The notes under the pieces: generated by a model
Database searches by the model: none
The model's input: only the letters and a program-made list of their open reading frames with translations
What the model was told of the DNA's origin: nothing
Origin: a virus
Lineage: Duplodnaviria > Caudoviricetes
IMG/VR virus record: IMGVR_UViG_3300037465_000359
Location: 1-33,660 of that record
Strand: one strand, 5' to 3'
DNA length: 33,660 nucleotides
Program-made: the position numbers and the translations under genes
Shown: positions 1 through 8,547 of the stretch, in pieces
Layout: each line of letters begins with the position of its first letter
How positions within the stretch are numbered: the first letter of the stretch is position 1

Positions 1-3000
1 CTCATCAATAAACAGAGGGAAGCGCAAGAGATTAGGATTGCCCAACTGAAAGAGCAGGCTGAGCAACGTAGTGCAGCAGCAGCAGCAAAGGCGCAGGCTC
101 AACAGGAAGCGGCGATCGCGAAAGAACAGCAAAACCGACAGAAGCTAATTAATCAGATTGAACAGCAAGCGGCAAAGGCTCAAGTCAGGGCGGCAAGCAG
201 TGAGGAAGACAAGCGCTCCGCTCAAATCCTCGCTGAGATGCTTCGCTACAAACAACAATTAGCCGCCATCCAAAATGCTGGGTTTAGCGCTCAGGATGCC
301 CAACGCGCTAAGCAAATGGCTGACGAGTTAAACCGAATCAACCTTGAGGAAATTGAGGCGGGAGCGAAGAAAGCCAAGCTGTCTCTCACGGATTTCTTGT
401 TTGGAGGCTCAGACGCGGCGCGAGATTTGGCTCGCAACCTACAGGTCACAGCTAGTCAATTTGCAGGTGTTGGCGCACAAATTAAGGCGTTTAAATCGAA
501 AGCGTTAGAAGCGTTTGGAGAATTTAAAGCGGCGCGTGGAGATTTATCTGTCTACGCCAATGATGTGCAGGGTGTGACGATTAGGCTTAAGGCGTTAGCG
601 GGTGAGTTAAGAAACCAAGTATCTGTGACCGAACTTACCGCCAATAGTACTAAGGTGGCGCGTTTGGGCTATCGTGACACGGCTGACAACCTCGCGGTTT
701 TGAGTGCAACACAAAAACTCGCGATCACCAGTGGAACCGACTACGAGACTTCGCTGCGAACGACAACCGATATCCTCAAGGCGTTTAAACTACCAGCTAG
801 CGAGGCAGGCAAGGTTACAGAGTTATTGTTCAAAACAGCCAAGCAAGCGGGTGTGCCAGTAGGCGAGCTAGCACCACAATTTGAGGAGTTGGGAGCAACG
901 GCAGCAGCGACTGGACTAAAGTTAGGGGATCTGGCTGGATTTATTGCCCTAACCCAACAGCGGGGGGTTCCGGCTGAGCAATCAATCAGTGCTTTTAACG
1001 CCGTCCTAGACTCAGTCCAGACTGGCAAACTCGCTGACGACGCCGAAAAGTTGGGCATCAATCTAGATCGCAATGCCCTCCAAACCCAAGGATTTGCGGG
1101 TGCGTTACAGCAACTACGGACAAACGGAGTCACAAGCCAAGAGGCGTTAGCTAAACTTTTTGGCAGCACGACCAACGGCGTGATCGTGTTTGAGGCGCTG
1201 AACGGTGGACTCCAATCGGTTAACGTCACGACGGGCGAGCTAGACAAAGGATTTAATAAGCTGGCTGAGAACAATAAAGCCAAGGCTGTGGCGAATGACT
1301 TTAACGATGCGCTCGTTATTGTCGGAGAGGCGATCGCGCCCGTGCAAGCGGCGATCGCGGGTATCACTAAGTTTGCCGCTAATCTGTTCCGATCGCTCCC
1401 AGAGGGGGTGCAGACCCTTATTGGTTCGCTTGTTGGAGTAACTGGCGCGGGTTTAACGCTGGCTGCTTTGGTTACGGGCGCTACTGGTGCTATCCAAACA
1501 CTCCTGACGGCGATCGCTACGTTTACCCCAACCACAGCGGCCGCAACTACAGCGACGAGTGCGGCGGCAGGTGCAACGGCCGCAACAGGAGCTGCCGCTG
1601 CAGCGGCTACGCCAGCAGTGACGGCGTTTGGTGTGGCGTTCTCACCGTTGGCAGCAGTAATAGGCGGGGTCACCTTGGCTGTGGGCGCATTGTCAGCAGC
1701 ACTGTTTGCACTCGATTCAATCAAATTTAACCAGCTCGACGAAGAGTTAACGGCTCTACAAATCAAGGCCCAAGGCTCCGGTAATGACACAGCTCGTCTC
1801 GCGGCACGATTACAAACACTGGGTAAGGAGAGGGATCAAGGTAAGGCAGACGTTCGGAAAGAAGATGAGTATCTGAGGCAAGGTGCGGCACAAGTCAAAT
1901 CGATTGAAGATCAAATTGCCGCGCAAAAGAAACTAAGGGACAGCGCCAGTGATGCGGGACAGAAAGCCAGTATTAACCAGACGATCGCCGCGTCAGAGCT
2001 AGAACTAAAATCCCTCAATAACACGATCGCCGCACTCAAGGCGAAGCGCGAAGTTGTAACCCAGCAACTTTCGCAAGATCAGAAGAAAGCCGATGAGGAA
2101 GCAATTAAATTAGCCAAAGCGAAAGATGACTTGAACCTGAAAGCGGCATCTGACAAGGAAAAGTTACTCAGAGATGCCGCCAATAAACAGGGTGAGCAGA
2201 AGATTGAACAGAAACGCGATCGCGAAGTTGATGCGGTCAAACTTCAGCAAGAGCAGGCGATCACGAGCTTCAGGCAACAGCAAGAGAAAGCTCTAGGCGA
2301 GAAAAAACTTGCATTTGAGAGGCAGATTGCAACGTTTAAAGAAGAACGGGAAAAGGCAATCCAAGAAAAGCAACGCGCTTTTGACGTTGCCCAACAAGCG
2401 GCTAAACAGGCATTCGCTGATGCTCAGCGCAAACAGGATGAGTCTTATCAGTCAGCCAAAGAAAAGCGTCAGGAGGAATTTAATAAGCGCCTTACCGGTG
2501 CCAACGATCTGGTTAAGCGTGAGACAGATTTGGCTACTGCCAAAACGCCTGAAGATCGGGCAAAACTTGAAGCCGAACAGCAGGCGCAGGACAGGATTCG
2601 CGCGGTGATCGCCTCATCAAGTATCAGCACGGGCGCATCGAGTGCGGATATTGTGGCGCGGGCAAAACAAGCGGCGGGTGTTGGGCGGATTAGCAGCGAG
2701 GAAGAGGGTAAACGAGTAGCCTTTGCTGTGGCAGAAATTGAAGCCAAGCTCAAACAGCAAGCAGAAGAAGAAGAACGGTCGCGCGATCGTAAGTATGTGG
2801 AGGAAAAACGGGCGGCAGAGCGAGCTTTCAGCCAAGAGCAGGATGAACAAAAAATCGAGTTTTTACAAACTCAGATCAAACCCCTTGAACGTAAGCTGAA
2901 AGAGGATTTAAACGCGCAGGAACTCACGTTTAAACAAACGGTAATCCAGCCACTAGAATCCAAGCAAGCGGCGGATTTGGCAGCGTTTAGAGCGCAACAG

Positions 3001-3435
3001 GAACAGACTCTTTTAGAGATTCGCCAGAAGTACGAACAAGAACTGGATGCGTTTCGCTTGGCAGATCGCCAGAGAGAAATCGATCTAGACAATGCCGCGC
3101 AACTGGCGCGGTTAGAACGTGAGTCAGCTTTTAAGCAGCAGCAGAGGGATTTAGATCTACAAAACGCTCAGCAGATCGCCGACCTGAGTGTCGCTAGACA
3201 ATTTGCCGCACCGTCGGCAAATATTGTGCCTTTCGTCGCTTCGGGGCGTGGGGCTGGGGCTGCGGGAGTACCGCCAATTCAGTCGGTAACCAATAACCGC
3301 ACAAACAACAATACGCGCACTGCTCCCGTAACAATCCAAAACCTCAACGTTACGGCTCCTGACCCTACTGCGGCAGCGATCGGAATTGCTAGGCAAGCAG
3401 CGCGATCTAATCTAGCTGCTGCGGGTGCTGGATAA
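1..3435 (+). CDS. Tail tape measure protein (TP901-like), 5' part lies at the other end of the window
   Basis: Frame is open from base 1 (LINKQREAQE...). TP901-type core (LAVLSATQKLAITSGTDYETS...ILKAFKLPASEAGKVTELLFKTAKQAG), hydrophobic Ala/Gly/Thr segment and long coiled coil; follows major tail and chaperone genes if the genome is circular. Confidence 0.9.
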   Translation, partial: LINKQREAQEIRIAQLKEQAEQRSAAAAAKAQAQQEAAIAKEQQNRQKLINQIEQQAAKAQVRAASSEEDKRSAQILAEMLRYKQQLAAIQNAGFSAQDAQRAKQMADELNRINLEEIEAGAKKAKLSLTDFLFGGSDAARDLARNLQVTASQFAGVGAQIKAFKSKALEAFGEFKAARGDLSVYANDVQGVTIRLKALAGELRNQVSVTELTANSTKVARLGYRDTADNLAVLSATQKLAITSGTDYETSLRTTTDILKAFKLPASEAGKVTELLFKTAKQAGVPVGELAPQFEELGATAAATGLKLGDLAGFIALTQQRGVPAEQSISAFNAVLDSVQTGKLADDAEKLGINLDRNALQTQGFAGALQQLRTNGVTSQEALAKLFGSTTNGVIVFEALNGGLQSVNVTTGELDKGFNKLAENNKAKAVANDFNDALVIVGEAIAPVQAAIAGITKFAANLFRSLPEGVQTLIGSLVGVTGAGLTLAALVTGATGAIQTLLTAIATFTPTTAAATTATSAAAGATAATGAAAAAATPAVTAFGVAFSPLAAVIGGVTLAVGALSAALFALDSIKFNQLDEELTALQIKAQGSGNDTARLAARLQTLGKERDQGKADVRKEDEYLRQGAAQVKSIEDQIAAQKKLRDSASDAGQKASINQTIAASELELKSLNNTIAALKAKREVVTQQLSQDQKKADEEAIKLAKAKDDLNLKAASDKEKLLRDAANKQGEQKIEQKRDREVDAVKLQQEQAITSFRQQQEKALGEKKLAFERQIATFKEEREKAIQEKQRAFDVAQQAAKQAFADAQRKQDESYQSAKEKRQEEFNKRLTGANDLVKRETDLATAKTPEDRAKLEAEQQAQDRIRAVIASSSISTGASSADIVARAKQAAGVGRISSEEEGKRVAFAVAEIEAKLKQQAEEEERSRDRKYVEEKRAAERAFSQEQDEQKIEFLQTQIKPLERKLKEDLNAQELTFKQTVIQPLESKQAADLAAFRAQQEQTLLEIRQKYEQELDAFRLADRQREIDLDNAAQLARLERESAFKQQQRDLDLQNAQQIADLSVARQFAAPSANIVPFVASGRGAGAAGVPPIQSVTNNRTNNNTRTAPVTIQNLNVTAPDPTAAAIGIARQAARSNLAAAGAG

Positions 3436-3477
3436 CAGTGGCTCAAACGCCAAGGCGATCACGCGGCAATTGATGGT

Positions 3478-3519
3478 AATACTTCTTAGAAATATGTTGA
3501 CAATACTTCTAAGACATAT
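3478..3519. promoter_or_regulatory. Paired imperfect palindromic operators flanking the -35 box
   Basis: AATACTTCTTAGAAATAT (3478-3495) and AATACTTCTAAGACATAT (3502-3519): direct repeats, each with dyad symmetry around TCT(T/A)AGA. Confidence 0.65.
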
Positions 3520-3525
3520 TAGTAT
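3497..3525 (+). promoter_or_regulatory. Sigma70-type promoter of the csx3 cassette
   Basis: TTGACA (3497-3502), 17-bp spacer, TAGTAT (3520-3525); purine-rich RBS region GGAGGAAAAGGAG directly before ATG 3565. Confidence 0.8.
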
Positions 3526-3564
3526 TGTATGCAAGTTAAGCTTAAGTGAACGGAGGAAAAGGAG

Positions 3565-3864
3565 ATGAATCCAATTCAAATAAAAATCACACAGCAGAAT
3601 GATTTCTTCACTCTCGTGGAGATATCTATTGAAGGGGGCGTGTGCACCCCCGATGACCTGAAAAGCCTCAGTATCCCCAGCGTGAAAGGGGATGCTGGAG
3701 TGGTTATCACTGGACGAGCACCTATCTGGCTCGTCGCAAACCTAGTCCACCACTACCACGCAACCGCGTGGGTTGCCACCTTCGACCCACGGGTCGGTGG
3801 CGCGGTAGTGGTAGAAACTCACCAACGTCGTATTGACGTTGGTGACATAATCTACCCAGACTGA
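3565..3864 (+). CDS. csx3: Csx3/Crn3 family CRISPR ring nuclease (cA4-degrading), putative anti-CRISPR
   Basis: 99 aa with the Csx3 signature GVVITGRAPIWLxxxLxHxxH...WVATFDPRxGGAVVVxTH...VGDII; DPR motif and flanking His residues retained; size matches stand-alone Csx3. Confidence 0.9.
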   Translation: MNPIQIKITQQNDFFTLVEISIEGGVCTPDDLKSLSIPSVKGDAGVVITGRAPIWLVANLVHHYHATAWVATFDPRVGGAVVVETHQRRIDVGDIIYPD

Positions 3865-3872
3865 TCTCTCCG

Positions 3873-4055
3873 GTGAAGAGATCGGTCGGTCAACCCCCCA
3901 AACACCGCAAGGGGTTGACCGTTTACATTAAACCGGAAATCTGCGATCGCCTCGGATTGCCTATTGAGGCAACACCCAAAGAGGCGATCGCAGTAATTGA
4001 ACGCCTGATCCTCGCTTTCCAGATTAGCCGCGAGGATCAAAACGACAGCAAGTAA
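3873..4055 (+). CDS. Small basic putative DNA-binding protein (RHH-like), candidate Aca-type autorepressor
   Basis: 60 aa, GQPPK-HRKGLTVYIKPE-helix-helix pattern resembling a ribbon-helix-helix N-terminus; lies between csx3 and the terminator. Confidence 0.5.
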   Translation: MKRSVGQPPKHRKGLTVYIKPEICDRLGLPIEATPKEAIAVIERLILAFQISREDQNDSK

Positions 4056-4061
4056 ATTAAC

Positions 4062-4097
4062 AAAACCCCCAGATCTGTACAGATTTGGGGGTTTTTT
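4062..4097 (+). terminator. Rho-independent terminator closing the csx3 cassette
   Basis: AAAACCCCCAGATCTG-TA-CAGATTTGGGGGTTTTTT hairpin with T run; A run on the other side suggests it is bidirectional. Confidence 0.85.
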
Positions 4098-4184
4098 AGT
4101 CGATTAAGCTAAGGAAAGGAGTAGTAAACCCTTGCTGATTGATTATAGGATAAAATCTTTAACGTCTTAACAAAAAAAGTCACC

Positions 4185-6179
4185 TTGACTGTTATTATTG
4201 CTAGATCTAAGGGGCTTTTAATTAACTCAGTTAACCGAACGGGAGTGTTAGCTGAGTTGACTTTTCGCTCCAATGAATTGGATCAGTCAGGGGTGATTAA
4301 GGTCAGGGCGATCGCGCGGCTATTAGTGCCGTTTGGCTATGAGTCCGACTACACCTATATGTCCAGCCAGACGGTCGCCGCGAACTGGGCGCGGGGCGCG
4401 ATCGCCACTTATCAGATCAGTAACGACGCGGGTACTCTGGTCAACCATCCACTGTCTGGCGGGAAGCTCTTTGTACTCAAAGAGCCAGACAGCCCCACAA
4501 AATCAAATCCAGAGATCACCGTTGAGCTGGGCTGTCAACTGGCGTTTTTTGACTATCTCACCAGCGATCGCGATTTCTCAGGAGTGACCCTGGGCACTCC
4601 AAAAGCTCGCGACGAGATTATCGCGGCATACCTCGACGCCGCTGGCATCACTCACAGTCTAACGTCGATCCCGTACCCGTTTGAAGTGCCCGTACCTAGT
4701 GCTGGCGGATACGTTGAGACTGCCGGCAAGTTGGCTTACGACGCCGGACACTTTTTACGATGTCGCGCTGATGGCACGGTGGTCAACCAAGAGATCGTTT
4801 TTTCGGGTACAGCGATCGCTACGTTTACTGTTGGTACTGACGACGTGAACTTGGAGCCAAGACCAGCAGGGAGTCAAGAATTTCCACCTGGGCAGTTAAT
4901 AGTTTCGGGGATTACCCGCGAGATTGATGCGGTTAACTATCCAGACGTGTCGGTGATGACTGACACTGCCACTGTGAGATATTTTGGGATTGGCACCAGT
5001 GGTAACGTGATCACAAAGGCTGCGCAGTACACCAGTAAAGAGGTGACAACCACAGACAGTGGATGGAATGGTAGCTACGAACAGGTTGAGCAACTCACCA
5101 AAACGGGCTATCTCGTACTGGGTGTACCGCCCATACCTTATCTGTTGCCCACCAACCGCACCAACACGCTAACCTATTACGAGAGCAAACGACGACTTAG
5201 CTCAGTCGTTGTTGAGGGGTTTACCCGCACAGTCACGATCGGAGATCCCCCTGTGGTAGGTAGTGAGTTTAGAACTAGTCTGACGATCACGACCTACACC
5301 TACTCAGACGCGGACATAATTACTGCCGTAGAGACTGTTACCTATGAGTTTATGAATAGCGGGACGGGGGACAATCAAAAGGTCAGCTCAGCGACGCGAT
5401 CACTAGAAGTTTGGGTTAAGGAATCGGCGGGGTTGTGGTCGCACACCAAGCAGTACTACGACAAGATCATCACGGCGGGGCAAGAGCCAACATTAACAGC
5501 GAGCAACTTGCAGGAATGGATTAGCGCGACTAGCCCCGAATCGACCAGTGAGCGATCGCGAAACGCCCAACCGCCAGCCACAACATATCGAGTGGACGCG
5601 GAGTTAAAAGAGCGGGAAATCCGCGCTACAGTTGTGGTTGAGGCATTAGCAGGTAGCGCCTACCAGAAAAAGCCTGAGCCATACAGAGCAGATTATCTGA
5701 CTACCTACGATCAGGCTTACGATTGGGGACTGAGGCAGGCCACAATAATTTTTGGTCGAGCACGGGGCAAGCAAATCCTTGTTGGCTGGAGCACGACTCT
5801 ACTGGCAGATATCAAGCCTTTTGCGCGGATCGATATTGTCAACGGGGCGATTTTAGAGCGTTACGTGGTGGACGCGATCGCGTCCAGTGACGTTTTAGAC
5901 GAGTCTAGTTTGGGACTAACCCTGATCCTGATCAGCACGTCACCGATGGCTACACCTAGCACAGTAATTAAACCTTTGGTGGCGATAATATCAGGTACAG
6001 TCACGGCAAACGCTGGCGCAGCTACGGTCACCGCCGAAGGCGAGGTTGATAGCGGTAATGTCCTCACCGCGATCGCGGGGGCGGCTACGGTATCAGCGGC
6101 AGGATGGACAACGGCAACGGGCGATCTGCTCGCGATCGCGGGCAGATCTAGAGTAAACGCAACAGGGACGGTTAGTTAA
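4185..6179 (+). CDS. Putative tail hub/tip structural protein
   Basis: 664 aa, Thr/Ser/Val-rich beta composition, first large gene after the tape measure; TTG start; stop overlaps next start. Confidence 0.6.
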   Translation: MTVIIARSKGLLINSVNRTGVLAELTFRSNELDQSGVIKVRAIARLLVPFGYESDYTYMSSQTVAANWARGAIATYQISNDAGTLVNHPLSGGKLFVLKEPDSPTKSNPEITVELGCQLAFFDYLTSDRDFSGVTLGTPKARDEIIAAYLDAAGITHSLTSIPYPFEVPVPSAGGYVETAGKLAYDAGHFLRCRADGTVVNQEIVFSGTAIATFTVGTDDVNLEPRPAGSQEFPPGQLIVSGITREIDAVNYPDVSVMTDTATVRYFGIGTSGNVITKAAQYTSKEVTTTDSGWNGSYEQVEQLTKTGYLVLGVPPIPYLLPTNRTNTLTYYESKRRLSSVVVEGFTRTVTIGDPPVVGSEFRTSLTITTYTYSDADIITAVETVTYEFMNSGTGDNQKVSSATRSLEVWVKESAGLWSHTKQYYDKIITAGQEPTLTASNLQEWISATSPESTSERSRNAQPPATTYRVDAELKEREIRATVVVEALAGSAYQKKPEPYRADYLTTYDQAYDWGLRQATIIFGRARGKQILVGWSTTLLADIKPFARIDIVNGAILERYVVDAIASSDVLDESSLGLTLILISTSPMATPSTVIKPLVAIISGTVTANAGAATVTAEGEVDSGNVLTAIAGAATVSAAGWTTATGDLLAIAGRSRVNATGTVS

Positions 6180-6565
6180 TGGCGATCACACACGAGATTG
6201 CAACGCGCAACGGGATCTGCACCGCAGTGGCTACAGATATCGACACTGGCGGAGGCGGTGCCTTATTAAAAATCTACACAGCAGGGTTTGCAACGTTGTT
6301 GGCTACCCTCACACTATCCGATCCATCCTTTGGCTCGCCGTCTTGGGGATCGATGACTGCAAACTCGATCACGCCTGACACCAACGCTGCTGCAACGGGT
6401 GCTGCGGCGAAATTTAGGATTTACCGCAGCGACGGAACAACACTGATTTTTACAGGCGACGTGGGGATTGCTGGGTCTGGGTTCGACCTAATCCTGTCCT
6501 CTACGGCGATCGTGTCGGGCGCGACCGTTGCGGTCGTATCGTTTACCTACACAGCGCCGCCCTAA
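6179..6565 (+). CDS. Minor tail protein
   Basis: 128 aa Ala/Thr/Gly-rich; LKIYT...LLATLTL...A.ATG.A..FRI..SDG pattern typical of small phage tail-associated proteins; TAATG coupling at both ends. Confidence 0.6.
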   Translation: MAITHEIATRNGICTAVATDIDTGGGGALLKIYTAGFATLLATLTLSDPSFGSPSWGSMTANSITPDTNAAATGAAAKFRIYRSDGTTLIFTGDVGIAGSGFDLILSSTAIVSGATVAVVSFTYTAPP

Positions 6566-7812
6566 TGCCCGATCCTACCTCACGCGATCTAATTCGTCAG
6601 GCGCTCTCTCAGTCAACGACAGAGCGCCTTCAGCGATTACGCGATCGCCTAGAAGGGGAGGATCTGGCAATTAAGCCCGCGTTTTATCAGGGGACTGACG
6701 GTAACGGACATGCCCAATTTAGCCAGTTGGGGGAGGGCACGGTAGGCGGTGGATTGCTGTTGACCAATGGAGCGATCGCCATTGGCGATCCGGTCATGCC
6801 CCGCCCAACAGATGGACTGTTTCGCGGGGATGAGCGATCAATAACGATCGCATCGGAGCCTGAGCCTAAAAAATTACCGCCAGAACTCCCTCATGCACGA
6901 GCGTTGTTTGGGATTCGCATTTACCCGCAGGCAAGCGATATACCAGCGATTGTAGGTGCTGTTACGACTGATGGCAGTCAGATTTTTTATTGCACTGGGC
7001 ACGGACTAGCAGATTACGACTCGGTGGCTTTTGTGTCCCTAAACGCGCTACCAGTAGGGATATTCGAGTCGTACTCCTATGTGGTTTTTAACGCCACAGA
7101 AAATCAGTTCGAGGTTGCGCTTAACCTGGGTGATGCGATCGCGGGGATGCCTGTGTCCTTAAGCGGTTTAGAGGAAGCCCCTTTCACGCTCCTTAAAGGG
7201 ATAGCCACCGAGGTTATCGAGCCAGCGGGGGCGAACCTTTGGGATCTAAATATCCACCAAGCGATCGCTGTCTACAGCAATACAGGATTAGTAGATGGAG
7301 GCTCTCTCGCGTTTAATTACCACAACACGGGATCGTATAGCGCGCGAACTGGCAACCGGACTGTAAAACTCAGGTGGACTGCACCACAGCTAGACGTTAC
7401 AGGCACACTCTCGGCCGACGGGCTGAGCGCAATTTTTGAGATAGTGCAGGTTCCGCCCTACAATCCGTTCGATCCTACTCGCAATTGTTTCCTGTCGTAC
7501 GTCAACCGAGCGACGGTAATTTTTGCTAGGGAGATTAAAACGTTCGCCATTAATCAACTGATCCATGAGGGTGTAGTGGTTGACACCTTGCAGTACGCGA
7601 TCAACGGTATTGATTACACCTTGTCAGAGGCGATCGCTTGGTACGAGTCGGGACTTACGGACTTTACCCTAGACGAGGGTTCGCCGCCGCAAGGGATCTA
7701 CGCAATCTATCCACCTAGCGGGATAGGGAGCGGCGGTGGTGGCGGCTACTCTGTGGATCGCGGACTGCCTAACGACGGCTTTACGGTAGTTTTTAAAATT
7801 GTCCTAACGTAA
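6565..7812 (+). CDS. Putative tail tip / receptor-binding protein
   Basis: 415 aa; HGL..YD.V.F...LP.G....Y.V......FE.A beta module seen in phage tail proteins; end of the tail operon. Confidence 0.5.
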   Translation: MPDPTSRDLIRQALSQSTTERLQRLRDRLEGEDLAIKPAFYQGTDGNGHAQFSQLGEGTVGGGLLLTNGAIAIGDPVMPRPTDGLFRGDERSITIASEPEPKKLPPELPHARALFGIRIYPQASDIPAIVGAVTTDGSQIFYCTGHGLADYDSVAFVSLNALPVGIFESYSYVVFNATENQFEVALNLGDAIAGMPVSLSGLEEAPFTLLKGIATEVIEPAGANLWDLNIHQAIAVYSNTGLVDGGSLAFNYHNTGSYSARTGNRTVKLRWTAPQLDVTGTLSADGLSAIFEIVQVPPYNPFDPTRNCFLSYVNRATVIFAREIKTFAINQLIHEGVVVDTLQYAINGIDYTLSEAIAWYESGLTDFTLDEGSPPQGIYAIYPPSGIGSGGGGGYSVDRGLPNDGFTVVFKIVLT

Positions 7813-7814
7813 TT

Positions 7815-8105
7815 ATGTCTCCTAGCGATCGCGTTACCCAAAACATCAACAGCGCCCTAGACCAGTCTGGGTTAGAGCGTGTTCAGCGCCGTTTACGCGA
7901 TCGCCAAAAACTCGTGCAAGCTCAATCACTCGTGATCACAATTGAGGGAGTAGATAGCACGGGGCTGTATTACGGGGTGACTGCACTAGGCGATCGCGTT
8001 TCGGCGAAATATATTGGCAATACTCCAGTGGCGATCGGAGATGTGATCGCAGTGGTGCTACCACTAGGCAGCAAAATCGGCTGGGCAGATCAAAAGGTTC
8101 GCTAA
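7815..8105 (+). CDS. Small tail-associated protein, paralogous to the N-terminus of 6565..7812
   Basis: Shares SxxERxQR(x)LRDR, GxDxxG and AIGDx(V/I) motifs with the upstream gene. Confidence 0.55.
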   Translation: MSPSDRVTQNINSALDQSGLERVQRRLRDRQKLVQAQSLVITIEGVDSTGLYYGVTALGDRVSAKYIGNTPVAIGDVIAVVLPLGSKIGWADQKVR

Positions 8106-8255
8106 CTCGCAATATCTTCAAATCTAAGCTAAGAACTTATGTGGTTTCGGTTTCCCATGATTCGAGTTTTCAGGTTAGCTCATTAGTACTTTTGTGGATA
8201 GCGATCGCAAGGCTGGACGACTCGAAAAGGTGGCGCGATGCAGGCAAAAAAAGCA

Positions 8256-8429
8256 CTAAAATTCTTTATACTCAATTTGTTCGATTTTTTTGCAGTTCTC
8301 AAACACCCGTTTGATTTGGGCTTTGCGGTGGGATACATCACCCTCGCCAGTGACTTGGCAGTATACCCGCGTGATCTCTACTAGCCAGCGATCGCCCCAG
8401 AGTTTGACCGCTTGCTCTTTGACGGACAC
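8256..8429 (-). CDS. Small hypothetical protein, possibly a truncated regulator (not in ORF track)
   Basis: Manual translation from GTG 8429: MSVKEQAVKLWGDRWLVEITRVYCQVTGEGDVSHRKAQIKRVFENCKKIEQIEYKEF*, 57 aa, helical and protein-like, divergent from the primase gene. Confidence 0.45.
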   Translation of the reverse strand: MSVKEQAVKLWGDRWLVEITRVYCQVTGEGDVSHRKAQIKRVFENCKKIEQIEYKEF

Positions 8430-8452
8430 AAAAAATGTGGGTAGCTCACAAA

Positions 8453-8492
8453 TTTATTCAGCGTTACCCAAGTTTATTCAGCGTTACCCAAG
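8453..8492. repeat. Perfect 20-bp tandem duplication
   Basis: TTTATTCAGCGTTACCCAAG x2; overlapped by inverted repeat CCCAAGCG (8487-8494) / CGCTTGGG (8513-8520). Confidence 0.95.
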
Positions 8493-8547
8493 CGCAGATT
8501 AGGATTCCATCACGCTTGGGCGCGGCATTTCTTTTTACAAGTGTTAG

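Noticed and set aside
741-1790. 349-aa minus-strand ORF
   Set aside because: Antisense shadow of the Ala-rich tape measure; low complexity, no motif.
3481-3508. ACTTCTTAGAA resembles the left arm of a Firmicutes-type dif site
   Set aside because: No matching XerD arm (TTATGTxAA) after a 6-bp spacer; better explained as a promoter operator.
8290-8502. 70-aa plus-strand ORF
   Set aside because: TTG start without RBS and spans the tandem repeat; the opposite-strand ORF looks more protein-like.
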